A model generated the notes under the pieces. That model was not told where the DNA came from and did not search any database. It was given only the letters and a program-made list of their open reading frames with translations. The position numbers and the translations under genes were made by a program. A DNA stretch of 64,000 nucleotides from Bryobacteraceae bacterium (lineage in GTDB: Bacteria; Acidobacteriota; Terriglobia; Bryobacterales; Bryobacteraceae). The stretch covers positions 64,252-128,251 of the forward strand of contig JBJMGK010000213.1 in assembly GCA_045807925.1 (NCBI GenBank), read 5' to 3'. Positions 20,878 through 30,483 of the stretch are shown here, piece after piece. Each line of letters begins with the position of its first letter. Position 1 is the stretch's first letter.

Positions 20878-21891
20878 TCAGCTGGAGTGAACGGGCGCGA
20901 CTTCGGCGTCGCTTGCTTCTTCCTCTGACTCTCCCGAGCCCGGGCCACCTTCGGGTGCGTAGTAATCGTGATAGTAGCTGTATTTGCTGTAGAGTTCACC
21001 GCGCCGTGCGCCGTTTACCACCACTCCCAGCACGTTGTTCTCACATAACGACTGCATCGCCCGGGTGACTGAATCGAACGTCGTCGTCCCAATCCGAACC
21101 ACAAGGATCGTACCGTCGCACATAGTCGAAAGCAGGTTTCCATCAGCCGCGAAAAGAAGCGGCGGGCTATCGAGGATCACCCAATCGAAGTGATTCCGGA
21201 GATCATCGATCAACGTCCTGCATTGAGCCAGATTGAGCAGTTCCAGCGGGTTTGGTACCGCGCCACCTGCCGGCAGGATATACAGATTCGTGTCCGCAAT
21301 TTGAAACAGAATTTCAGCGAGGGAGGCTTTACCGATGAGGTAATCCGTCAGACCTAGTTGACCCGGGAGTTGGAAAGTCGTATTTACCGTGGGTCGGCGG
21401 AAATCGAAGTCTGCCAGGAGAACTCGCTTGCCCGCGAGCTGCGCGTGCGAAATGGCAAGGTTTGCGGCCGTAAATGATTTGCCTTCGGCCGGAGAGGCGC
21501 TTGTCACTACCAGAGTGTGAAGGGGCTGTGTCGATTGGAGATGATTCAAGCGCGTACGGAGCGTCCGGAATTCTTCTGCCGGGGCTTCGCGTGGCTGCAT
21601 GATGTTCACCACCAGAGCGTCTTTCTGCGGGTTGTAGGGAACCTGCTGAGCAGTGTGAATCAAGGCCTCCATGTCCTCTCGACTGACTTCCACATCCGAC
21701 CCCATGTGGACAGCTACGGAGGAGGAAGGAGCCGGAGGAGGAGGAGGAGGCGCAGGATAGTTCGGCGTTTCGGGTTGCGCTGCCGCTACGGGTTCTTCGA
21801 CGCGGGGCGGAATCCGGTCCGGTCGCGACTGCCTGGAAGGCACCAACCTGTCTTGCGATGCCCTGCGCAGCGCGTCATGAACACGACTCAT
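20878..21891 (-). CDS. polysaccharide-export tyrosine autokinase (BY-kinase catalytic protein, CpsD/EpsG-like)
   Basis: Walker A (SASPAEGKSFTAANLA), Walker A'/B-like LLADFDFRRP and ILDSPP, and a C-terminal Tyr cluster (YSKYSYYHDYY). Confidence 0.85.
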   Translation of the reverse strand: MSRVHDALRRASQDRLVPSRQSRPDRIPPRVEEPVAAAQPETPNYPAPPPPPPAPSSSVAVHMGSDVEVSREDMEALIHTAQQVPYNPQKDALVVNIMQPREAPAEEFRTLRTRLNHLQSTQPLHTLVVTSASPAEGKSFTAANLAISHAQLAGKRVLLADFDFRRPTVNTTFQLPGQLGLTDYLIGKASLAEILFQIADTNLYILPAGGAVPNPLELLNLAQCRTLIDDLRNHFDWVILDSPPLLFAADGNLLSTMCDGTILVVRIGTTTFDSVTRAMQSLCENNVLGVVVNGARRGELYSKYSYYHDYYAPEGGPGSGESEEEASDAEVAPVHSS

Positions 21892-21896
21892 ATTCG

Positions 21897-23510
21897 TTAT
21901 CCCTTAGCCAAGTAGTAGCGCGCGACTGACGCCGTCATAATTGCCAACCCCGCCAGCGTAGCGGTTGTCCACCCAACCCACATCATCTGCTTACGGCGTT
22001 GTACGACAACGTCGTTTTCAAGCAGCGGGACACTTCCCAGGATATTGAGCTGCGTGTACAAGCGTGCATCTTTCAGGTTTTTCAGCGATGTGTCCTTCAT
22101 CTCCCGAACGGCGACAATGACAACACCGATAACCAAGCCGACAACCGCGCCGATCGGAAGCATCGTCGTGCGCTTGGGCGCAAACGGCTCGCTGGGCAGA
22201 CTGGCCGGATCAATCAGTTCAAGCGTTTCGCCCTGGCGGCGTTGCTCGAGATGCATCGCAACAGTCGAACGGGCGCGGTTTGCAGCTAGGTCGAGATACT
22301 TGGCACGCGCCAGATCCCGGTCACGAAGCAGATCTGCGTACTCTTTCTCGCCCGCTGGAACACCTTGCAACCGGCTTTGAAACTGACGGATTGCAGCATT
22401 CGTACTAGCCATGTCTCGCCGGTACTGCGCCGCTTCTAGAGCGAGCGCTTTCATCTGTGTGTTGATGCTGGTCAGCTGATCCTGTACATTCATCCGCTCA
22501 GGAGTAGCAGTCGCGGGATCATACGTCGAAGCATCTGCAGTTACCTTTTCTTTCGCCGCGAGATCACGCTGCTTCTTCAAGAATGCAAGGCGGTCATGCG
22601 CCGCTTGCAGATCCGGATAATCCTCCGTGTAACGGTCCTTCATGCTGAGGATGTTCAGCTCGAGGCCTTCAATCTGGCGGCTCAACTCGTTGACCTTGTC
22701 GTTGTGAGCCGCCACTTGGGGGCTTTTAACAGCGGCCAGACGATCTTTCGCCATGTTGAGCTGGGACTCAAGAATCATCCGCTGCTCATTGTTCCGGTTT
22801 AAGGCCTCACTCAAAGACCCGAGCCGCCCTTCGAGCGCAGTCATTTGCTGCAGATTCATCTGCATCTCTTCAGGAAGCCGGCCGGCATTCTTGGCACGGA
22901 AGTCGGCCAGCTTCTGATCCAACTCATCGAGTTGCTGTTTGGCTTGCGCCAGTTCGTCCTGAATAAACGAATGGACAGCTTGGGTGCTCTCATTCATCCC
23001 CTGGCTACTGGCATCGATAAAGCGCGAAACCAGATCAGCGCAGACCTTCTGGGCCAGATACTTGTCCGGGTAGATGAAGGAGATCTGCATGGCGGGCATG
23101 ATCCGGCCCGACGCGGCGACGCCTTCGGTCGGACGAATCGGGATGGATCCACGCATCTTGTCGATGACGTCTTCCATCGGCTCCTTCTTCAGCTCGCTCT
23201 TATATAGCCCGAAGTTGTTGATAATGCTGGTCAGAGTTGCGCGGCTCAGAATGCTCTGGGCCATACCATTGATCCGATCCGCCATGTCTTGAGTTGTCAG
23301 GGATTTGACGACATCGGAGGATACCTGCTGAGGAACGACGCGAATGGAAGCGGACGAAATGAACTTGTCCTCTTTCGAATACGCGATGACGGTTGCGATA
23401 ACGAGGCCGGCAAAAGCGGGCGCCAAGATCCAGCGCAGGTTTCGCCGCAGGATGTCTATGTAGTCCTCTATATCGTAAGAACGCCGGGGAACAGAAGCGG
23501 TGTCAAACAT
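21897..23510 (-). CDS. polysaccharide chain-length determinant (Wzz/GumC/EpsF-like PCP) protein
   Basis: N- and C-terminal TM helices flank a long coiled-coil periplasmic region. It lies adjacent to the BY-kinase and the Wza-like gene. Confidence 0.85.
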   Translation of the reverse strand: MFDTASVPRRSYDIEDYIDILRRNLRWILAPAFAGLVIATVIAYSKEDKFISSASIRVVPQQVSSDVVKSLTTQDMADRINGMAQSILSRATLTSIINNFGLYKSELKKEPMEDVIDKMRGSIPIRPTEGVAASGRIMPAMQISFIYPDKYLAQKVCADLVSRFIDASSQGMNESTQAVHSFIQDELAQAKQQLDELDQKLADFRAKNAGRLPEEMQMNLQQMTALEGRLGSLSEALNRNNEQRMILESQLNMAKDRLAAVKSPQVAAHNDKVNELSRQIEGLELNILSMKDRYTEDYPDLQAAHDRLAFLKKQRDLAAKEKVTADASTYDPATATPERMNVQDQLTSINTQMKALALEAAQYRRDMASTNAAIRQFQSRLQGVPAGEKEYADLLRDRDLARAKYLDLAANRARSTVAMHLEQRRQGETLELIDPASLPSEPFAPKRTTMLPIGAVVGLVIGVVIVAVREMKDTSLKNLKDARLYTQLNILGSVPLLENDVVVQRRKQMMWVGWTTATLAGLAIMTASVARYYLAKG

Positions 23511-23531
23511 AGGAATTCCTAAATCGAGTGG

Positions 23532-24227
23532 TCATGGAACGTAGACGTGATCGCCCGGTTCCAACAGAATGTTCTGATCCATGTTCTTGCCGCGACTCAC
23601 ATCTTTGTAGTTAAACCGGATTTTCTTATCGCCGCGCAGTATATAGATCTTCTTGGTATTAGCAAAATCTGAGAGACCGCCTGATTTGTCAATCGCCTCA
23701 AGGATAGTGGTGGGCACAAACAGCGGATATTCGCCAGCGTGGGCTACTTGACCGACCAAATAATATTTCTTACTGCCAACATCTTGAACCGTAACGGTCA
23801 CCAGCGGCTTGACGACCAGCTTTTTCAAAGCCACAGCCACAATATCCTGGATTTCAACCGGCGTCTTCCCTCCTGCTTGCAAGTCTCCTACCAAAGGGAG
23901 GGTAAATTTCCCGTCTTGGTGAACAGAAACGGGACCGGAGAACTCCGGCTCGCCCCAAACGCGGATTAACAAGACATCCGACGGGCCAACTTTGTAATCT
24001 GTCGAACTCACTGGGGCGCCGCCCACCGGTCCGGCTGCTGGTATCGGCGACTTTCCTGGGGTTGGCGCAGGTGCCGTTGTCGCGGGCGGTGTCTGCGCTT
24101 GCGAACCACTCGCAGCTTGAGGCTCGCTCGATTGTAATGGACTGCCTTGCAACAACGTGCAAACAAACAGGCAAAACAGACCCGTGTTTACAAAGGTTTG
24201 GCGCTGCCAGGAAGAAAATCTAGTCAT
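23532..24227 (-). CDS. polysaccharide export outer-membrane protein (Wza/EpsE-like, Poly_export + SLBB)
   Basis: YKVGPSDVLLIRVWGEPEFSG..., a Poly_export motif, and a C-terminal ...LLEPGDHVYVP typical of SLBB. The ATG at 24227 was preferred; the ORF opens at 24263. Confidence 0.85.
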   Translation of the reverse strand: MTRFSSWQRQTFVNTGLFCLFVCTLLQGSPLQSSEPQAASGSQAQTPPATTAPAPTPGKSPIPAAGPVGGAPVSSTDYKVGPSDVLLIRVWGEPEFSGPVSVHQDGKFTLPLVGDLQAGGKTPVEIQDIVAVALKKLVVKPLVTVTVQDVGSKKYYLVGQVAHAGEYPLFVPTTILEAIDKSGGLSDFANTKKIYILRGDKKIRFNYKDVSRGKNMDQNILLEPGDHVYVP

Positions 24228-24298
24228 GAATGTGAACGGGCAACCCGTGGCGGGGATATACATGATTTTACATGCTTTTGGCTGCTTTTAGAAGGTCC

Positions 24299-26347
24299 CT
24301 ACTTACCCTCGGAACGGCGCTCCGGGCCGGGAACAACCGGGTTCGTTGAACCTGGCGACTCCGATCGGCTGATCGGGATCCAAACTTCCATGGGAGACGG
24401 TTCCCGGTTTCCGACTGCGTAAAACGGAATCAAGGTTAACGTCGCAGGCCGTTTAGCATGGGAGCTTATTGCGGGTAAGGGTTGGTAGAGCGACTCCTCC
24501 ACAGTAGTTTTCTCGGCTGCTTGCCCGGAAAACTTTAACGTCGTAATACCACCAAGAAGGTCGTGTCGTGTCTCAGAGGTACTAGGCCCGTTAGGACGAA
24601 TCGAGAGATCAGTGAGCGCGATACCTGCCTGGTCAAGCTGTTCCGCCGCGTAAACCAAAGGCCCGCGCTGGATTGCCACTCGGCCGAAAGTATCCGTCAC
24701 ACGCGGATTTGCCACCATTGCCAGTGCCTGCATCGGCAAATTCAACGTAACGACGTCACCTTTTTGCCAGCGCCTGGAAACCGGGATATAGGAACCTCGG
24801 ACCGCGCTTCCGTTCGAGACAGGTTCGCCGTTCACCTGTATTTCCGCCGTCGACGCCCACGCCGGCCATCGCAGATTCAGCGTGAAATCCGCCGGGATAT
24901 CCGGGTTAATAACAAACTTGACTTCTCCCGCCCAGGGGTAATTCGTGCTCTGACTCAACTTCAATGCCGAGCCATCCTCCAGATGCCAATCGAGCTCCGA
25001 CCCTCCATAAAGGTTTACGTAAACACCGTCCCGGCTTGTTGCATAAAAGTAGCCGGGCAGAGACTCAAACACACGCTCGAGGTTGGGAGGACAGCAGGTG
25101 GTCTCGTACCACGGGTTTCGAAGCTTTTCGCCATTCGAAGCCAACGGATTTCGATAGCAGTACAGGGTTCCCGAAAGGGATAGGCCCGAATTCACACCGT
25201 TGTAAAGCGCACGTTCCATAACGTCGGTGTACCGGGCGTCCCCCGTAATCGAGAGCAAACGGAAGTTCCACATCACGTTCGCAATTGCTGCGCAGGTTTC
25301 GGCATACGCCTGTTCGCTCGGCAACTCATACGGATCGCCAAAGCTCTCCCCGCCCGCTCGAGCTCCGACGCCTCCCGTGATGTACATCTTCCGGGTTGTC
25401 AGATCGGTCCAGAGGAGATCAAGAGTCTTCCTGAAGGCCGGATCGCCGGATTCCGCAAAGTAATCTGCCGCTCCCGTCGCGGCATAGAGCGCGCGAACCG
25501 CATGGCCTTCGAACTCGGTTCGGGAGGTAAACGGCTTGCCGCTGAACATGTATTTGATGTCCGCGTCCTTCAACTTCAGGCGGTCTCGCTCCACTCCGCT
25601 GAAGAGATACCTGGTGAACTCCAAGTACTTCGTTTCCCCGGTGGTTCGGTAGAGTTCGACAAGCGCCATCTCGAGTTCGGGGTGTCCGGTCACAAACGGC
25701 CGCGCGGTCGGGCCGAAGTTGTCGACGACGTAGTCGGCGAACCGGATCGCGATGTCGAGCAGCGTTCTCTTGCCCGTCGCGCGGTAATAGGCGATGCCGG
25801 CCTGAATCAGATGACCCAGGCAATAATCTTCGTGTGAGCGGGGCAGTTCCGTGAACCGCAGCTTCGCCCTGTCACCCACGTAAAAGGTATTGAGGTAGCC
25901 GCTTGATTCTTGAGCAGCGCCGATATCGGAGGTGAGCCCGTCGATTTCACCGCGCAGCTTCTGCTTGTCCGCGTCGCTGGTTTCGTTGGACGCAATGGCC
26001 CATGCCGCAGCCTCCATCCACTTGTAAAGATCGGAATCGGTGTAGAGAGGCCCGCGCCGGGGCACGTTCTTCCGTCCCGACAGCCGCCGGAAGTTATCGG
26101 CGACACCGTGCTCTTCAAGCAGGGCCAGAAGTGTGGGAAGGCTGCGCTCAGTCGTTACCTTGCGGCGGGCGGCCCAGAACCCTTCGGTCATGTGCACAGC
26201 TTGGACCGGAACCGGATGGAGCCGTGCGTTTAGAGAATTAGCAAGGTAGATTACACCTTCGGAACGCCAGTCGAGCTTGGGCGGGGGCGCGCTGAGCACC
26301 AGGTAGCTCGCGGCCAGGCCCACGAGAGCTAACAGCGAGCTTTTCAT
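24299..26347 (-). CDS. glycoside hydrolase family 127 (DUF1680, beta-L-arabinofuranosidase-like), exported
   Basis: Signal peptide plus CLGHLIQAGIAYY, GHPELEMALVELY, ETCAAIANVMWN and TTCCPPNLER motifs typical of GH127. Confidence 0.85.
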   Translation of the reverse strand: MKSSLLALVGLAASYLVLSAPPPKLDWRSEGVIYLANSLNARLHPVPVQAVHMTEGFWAARRKVTTERSLPTLLALLEEHGVADNFRRLSGRKNVPRRGPLYTDSDLYKWMEAAAWAIASNETSDADKQKLRGEIDGLTSDIGAAQESSGYLNTFYVGDRAKLRFTELPRSHEDYCLGHLIQAGIAYYRATGKRTLLDIAIRFADYVVDNFGPTARPFVTGHPELEMALVELYRTTGETKYLEFTRYLFSGVERDRLKLKDADIKYMFSGKPFTSRTEFEGHAVRALYAATGAADYFAESGDPAFRKTLDLLWTDLTTRKMYITGGVGARAGGESFGDPYELPSEQAYAETCAAIANVMWNFRLLSITGDARYTDVMERALYNGVNSGLSLSGTLYCYRNPLASNGEKLRNPWYETTCCPPNLERVFESLPGYFYATSRDGVYVNLYGGSELDWHLEDGSALKLSQSTNYPWAGEVKFVINPDIPADFTLNLRWPAWASTAEIQVNGEPVSNGSAVRGSYIPVSRRWQKGDVVTLNLPMQALAMVANPRVTDTFGRVAIQRGPLVYAAEQLDQAGIALTDLSIRPNGPSTSETRHDLLGGITTLKFSGQAAEKTTVEESLYQPLPAISSHAKRPATLTLIPFYAVGNREPSPMEVWIPISRSESPGSTNPVVPGPERRSEGK

Positions 26348-26910
26348 ACGTTGACTAGCAGCGACTTCAAATGCAGGTAGACGAGCGCAACGGGCAAACC
26401 GACCACGTTGTGATAGCTGCCCCGGACAGATTTGACGAACCGTGAGGCCCGGCCCTGTATGCCGTAAGCGCCCGCCTTGTCAATCCCTTCCCCGCTTCGA
26501 GTGTACTCCTGAATTTCCGAGTCAGACAGCGGCAGGAACTCGACTTCTGTCGTGGAGATATCGGTCACGGCTCGGGTCTCAGAACGAAGGCATATGCCGG
26601 TATGCACCAGATGGGTGCGCCCGGAAAGCACTCGGATCATGCGGTCGGCGTCCGCCAGGTCTACTGGTTTCCCGAAGATCTCGCCGTCCACGCAGACGGC
26701 AGTATCCGCGGCGAGCACCACGTCTTTCCCCGATACCGAAACAGCAGTTGCCTTTTCTACGGCCAAACGGACGACGAAGTCCTCCGCAGCCTCTTCGCGG
26801 CCCCGCAACTCAGGAACATGAGTTGGGGCGACGACGTGATCGATCCCTGCCGCAACCAAGAGTTCATGACGTCGCGGCGACGCTGATGCAAGAATGAGCA
26901 TTCCGTCCAC
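26344..26910 (-). CDS. maf: Maf-like nucleoside triphosphate pyrophosphatase
   Basis: ILASASPRRHELL N-terminus and a GAYGIQG motif. Confidence 0.9.
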   Translation of the reverse strand: MDGMLILASASPRRHELLVAAGIDHVVAPTHVPELRGREEAAEDFVVRLAVEKATAVSVSGKDVVLAADTAVCVDGEIFGKPVDLADADRMIRVLSGRTHLVHTGICLRSETRAVTDISTTEVEFLPLSDSEIQEYTRSGEGIDKAGAYGIQGRASRFVKSVRGSYHNVVGLPVALVYLHLKSLLVNV

Positions 26911-27020
26911 TAGCTCCTTTGATCATGTCAAATGCCTTGGCTGCGTGTCGGGTTCGGGGCTTCGACTGGCTGACCGCTGTCACCAATAAGCAGCCTGTCC
27001 TGGTAAACTGATCCGGTTCC

Positions 27021-28304
27021 ATGGAGACCAGGCGAGTCATCGGCCGATGGACAATGACGGCGCTCGTGGTCAATTCCATCATTGGAAGTGCAATTTTCGG
27101 GGTGCCTTCCGAGGTCATGCCTGGTTGGGTACCGGAGCCCGAGTGCAATGCTCGTCGCCGCCGTATTGATGGGGATCGTTATATTGCCCATCGCGGAAGT
27201 CGCGTCGCGGTTTTCTCGCCCCGGGGTTTGTATCTGTATGCGCGAACAGCTTTCGGCCGATTCGTAGGTCTCCAGGTCGGGTGGTTTTGGTTATTGGCTA
27301 TCGTCGGCGGCGGAGCAGCGGCCGTGAATTTATTTCTTAACTACCTGGATCCGTTCTTGCCGTCCATCAGTCACGGTTGGCCTCGCGTCCTCGCAATCGT
27401 ACTACTTGTCGTCGTGCCAACAACGGCAAATTATGTCGGCGTACGACAGGGCGCACTTTTCACCGTGCTATTCACGATCGCCAAACTGCTGCCACTCATG
27501 ACCGTTATTTTGGTGGGCCTGTTTAAGATGCCTGCCACCGTGTCTTCGCCGATGCAGATGTCTGCCTGGACTGCCTGGCCGAAGGTGCTGTTGATCCTGA
27601 TCTACGCCTTCAGCGGATGGGAAGACACGCTTCTGCCGGCGGGTGAAGTAAAAACGCCCGAAGTCACTCTTCCGTTCGCACTCATCAGCAGTTTGCTGAT
27701 TTGTACGGTCGTCTACACCCTGTTCCAGCTTGTGATTGCGCGAACGGTCGGTACGGCTCCCTCAAAGAATGCGGTGACGGAAGCGGCTGCCACGCTACTG
27801 GGAGGACAGGCGGTACCGCTCGTTTCAGTCGCAGTAATGCTCTCCACGTTCGGGTGGCTATCCGGAGCGTTCCTAAACGCACCTCGGTTTGCGGTTGCCT
27901 TGGCCGAACAGGGCGATTCGCCCGTCTATCTCGGACAGCTTCACCCGAGGTTTGGAACACCGCACAGAGGCATAGTCCTGTACGGGATTGTCGTGTTTCT
28001 GTTGGCGTCAACCGGCTCGTTCATTTGGGCGATCGAGCTTACAGCCGGAGCGCTCAGTATTTTTTACTCGGTCGCGTGCCTCTCGCTGTTTCGCTTCCGG
28101 ACGCGGGAGAGCTCAAGTCATATAGTTCGCATGCCGTTTGGCCGTGGGCTGGCAGCAATCGGGGTGGCCCTATCGCTGGCCCTCTTGACCCAGCTTGAAG
28201 CCCGACAGCTTGGCCTGATGAGCCTCACCTGCCCGCTGGGTATAGCTAACTGGGCGTGGGCTCGTCGGCCAAAGGGCGCCACGGATCTCTTCACCCTCGC
28301 CTAA
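27021..28304 (+). CDS. APC-family amino-acid permease, apparently carrying a compensated double frameshift at about 27117-27226
   Basis: Multi-helix hydrophobic protein with APC-type motifs. The conserved helix plus the AE..S.F..GG.Y.Y block is encoded in the +1 frame (ORF 27082..27267) rather than in the main frame. Confidence 0.75.
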   Translation: METRRVIGRWTMTALVVNSIIGSAIFGVPSEVMPGWVPEPECNARRRRIDGDRYIAHRGSRVAVFSPRGLYLYARTAFGRFVGLQVGWFWLLAIVGGGAAAVNLFLNYLDPFLPSISHGWPRVLAIVLLVVVPTTANYVGVRQGALFTVLFTIAKLLPLMTVILVGLFKMPATVSSPMQMSAWTAWPKVLLILIYAFSGWEDTLLPAGEVKTPEVTLPFALISSLLICTVVYTLFQLVIARTVGTAPSKNAVTEAAATLLGGQAVPLVSVAVMLSTFGWLSGAFLNAPRFAVALAEQGDSPVYLGQLHPRFGTPHRGIVLYGIVVFLLASTGSFIWAIELTAGALSIFYSVACLSLFRFRTRESSSHIVRMPFGRGLAAIGVALSLALLTQLEARQLGLMSLTCPLGIANWAWARRPKGATDLFTLA

Positions 28305-29434
28305 AACGAGTATGTTGCCCCAACCGTAAGTTGGAACGAATTCTTCTTGGAACCCGGCGGGGGATTATTCAGGAAAGTATCAAGTGCGGCGATCGTGAGA
28401 CCAAAGTGATGATACACCGGGAAAGTGAAAGCGGCGTTGGCGAATGCAGAATAAGCATTTGTATTGTTCCACGCGGGAATAAACCCGGCTTGCTCATCGA
28501 ACAGAATCCTGTGAGGGAAAGTTTTCGTATACGTCTCGCTGAAGACGGAACCAATTAACTGCTGGTCCAGGCTGGAAATACGAAATCGCTGATCGATGTA
28601 GTCAACGCTGGCTTTGAGATCAAGCTCTTCGTTTACCCTTTTTATAACCACGAACCCCAAGCCGCCGCCATATCTTTGCTGCAGATCCAGACCTTGGGAG
28701 AAGTTGTGGTCGAAAACTGCTCGAGCGAAGACAAATAGCCGCGGCTTCAGGTACCAATCCTGTTCCACGCCGGCGTGGGCAAGATTAGTCTTCACTGATG
28801 GCACATTCGGCTCGCTCAGTTTTCCATAGGCTTGGGCGAACTCAATCGTCGTGCGGCGGCGTAGCTGGAGCCAATCTTCGGCTGGAACGGAACGAACCGC
28901 ACTGAATGCCGAGCTGATGGTTTGATTCTTCTGCGTGGCTTCGGTCAGAGCAATTCCAAGAGTTGCGCCGCCTTTCCAGTTGCTAAAGAAGCTGTGACGC
29001 TGAAACGCATTGTCGAATGCCGTTGCGTTGACGACGTTGCTGAGATCCTGAACGGGCACTCTTTGCGGTGCGCCTTGCTGGGGGCTAATTTCGAGCTGGT
29101 TCTCTTTCACACTAATGGTGCCCCTCGCCACCTTCGAGACATCGCCAGCGTGAGTGAGTATAACGCCTTTGGGAACAACTGCAAACTGCTCCGATGTCTG
29201 CAATTCCTGGACCTTGGCCCAATCAACCGTGACGACCCCGGCAATTTCGCTTTTGAATGTGACAGTTGATCCGGTCGCGCTCTGCAACTGACCCATCAGT
29301 TTTTCGCCGTTCCTAAACAGCAATACATCGGGAGTTGGCGTTGCGGCGGAACCGGTCGGGGCAGCCTGTGGGTACAAGGCGCTCCCGCTGAATAAAGAAA
29401 ACAGAACAGCTAGGGCTTTAAAGGTAGTCTGCAT
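28301..29434 (-). CDS. outer-membrane beta-barrel protein (DUF481-like?)
   Basis: Signal peptide, alternating beta-strand pattern and a C-terminal ...VGATYSF terminal-Phe signature. Confidence 0.6.
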   Translation of the reverse strand: MQTTFKALAVLFSLFSGSALYPQAAPTGSAATPTPDVLLFRNGEKLMGQLQSATGSTVTFKSEIAGVVTVDWAKVQELQTSEQFAVVPKGVILTHAGDVSKVARGTISVKENQLEISPQQGAPQRVPVQDLSNVVNATAFDNAFQRHSFFSNWKGGATLGIALTEATQKNQTISSAFSAVRSVPAEDWLQLRRRTTIEFAQAYGKLSEPNVPSVKTNLAHAGVEQDWYLKPRLFVFARAVFDHNFSQGLDLQQRYGGGLGFVVIKRVNEELDLKASVDYIDQRFRISSLDQQLIGSVFSETYTKTFPHRILFDEQAGFIPAWNNTNAYSAFANAAFTFPVYHHFGLTIAALDTFLNNPPPGSKKNSFQLTVGATYSF

Positions 29435-29611
29435 AACAATAGATATCGGCTGACCTGAAGAACCATTGGTCCGTTCGGGTATCCACGTCCTTTGCTCGGT
29501 GTTAACTGCATCCTGCTAGGGAGCATCGATGCTTCCGTTGCCGCTTCAGTCTTACTTTTTGACAACCGGCGATGCTCGACACAGGTCGCGTGTTACTTTA
29601 AGGGCTGAATA

Positions 29612-30466
29612 ATGGCGTGGTTCACACGACAGAAACCGTCCCTTGAAGGGGACTCGCTGAAAGAAAGCGAGAAGAGTGTTCGAACCGAAGGCCTTTGGCA
29701 GAAGTGCGAATCCTGTGGCCAGATCATCTGGCGCAAAGCGGTTGAAGAGGGCCAGGAAGTCTGCCCGAAATGCGGGCATCATTTCCGGATCGGTGCTGCT
29801 GATCGTCTGAAGATGCTCTTTGATGACGGGATCTATACCGCACACGACGCCAATTTGCAGTCATCTGACCCGTTGCATTTTGTCGATTCAAAATCGTATG
29901 TCCAGCGCTTATCGGACATGCGCAACTCTACACACCTGCCCGACGCGGTGATTTGCGCGAGCGGACTGCTGAACGGCCGCTCCGTCGAAATCTGCGCTCT
30001 GGAGTTGAAGTTTATCGGCGGCAGCATGGGAGCGGTCGTCGGCGAAAAGATCACTCGCTCCATCGAACGCTGCCTCGCCCAGCGAAGCCCGCTGATCATC
30101 GTATCTGCTTCGGGCGGCGCCCGCATGCAGGAAGGCACCATCAGCTTGATGCAACTAGCTAAGCTGTCCGCTGCGTTGATGAAACTCGACGAGGCAAAGC
30201 TTCCCTACATCAGCGTGCTTACCGACCCGACCACAGGCGGTGTCACGGCCAGTTTCGCGATGCTTGGAGACTTGAACATTGCAGAACCGGGAGCGTTAAT
30301 CGGTTTTGCCGGTCCGCGCGTCATTGAGCAAACCATACGGCAGAAGCTCCCCGAAGGCTTCCAACGCAGCGAGTTCCTGCTCGAACATGGCTTCCTGGAC
30401 GCCGTCGTGAAACGGACCGAGCTGAAGCCTTACATCTCGAACGCTCTGGACTTTTTTCTCACTTAG
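29612..30466 (+). CDS. accD: acetyl-CoA carboxylase carboxyltransferase subunit beta
   Basis: N-terminal zinc ribbon (CESCGQ...CPKCGHHFR) and the carboxyltransferase domain GGSMG/GGARMQEG. Confidence 0.93.
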   Translation: MAWFTRQKPSLEGDSLKESEKSVRTEGLWQKCESCGQIIWRKAVEEGQEVCPKCGHHFRIGAADRLKMLFDDGIYTAHDANLQSSDPLHFVDSKSYVQRLSDMRNSTHLPDAVICASGLLNGRSVEICALELKFIGGSMGAVVGEKITRSIERCLAQRSPLIIVSASGGARMQEGTISLMQLAKLSAALMKLDEAKLPYISVLTDPTTGGVTASFAMLGDLNIAEPGALIGFAGPRVIEQTIRQKLPEGFQRSEFLLEHGFLDAVVKRTELKPYISNALDFFLT

Positions 30467-30483
30467 CGAAAATAGTTGGAGCG

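Noticed and set aside
26911-27020. Riboswitch upstream of the APC permease
   Set aside because: The 110-nt leader shows no recognisable small riboswitch core (glycine, guanidine, preQ1 or fluoride) by eye. The unusual feature of this gene is the internal frameshift pair instead.
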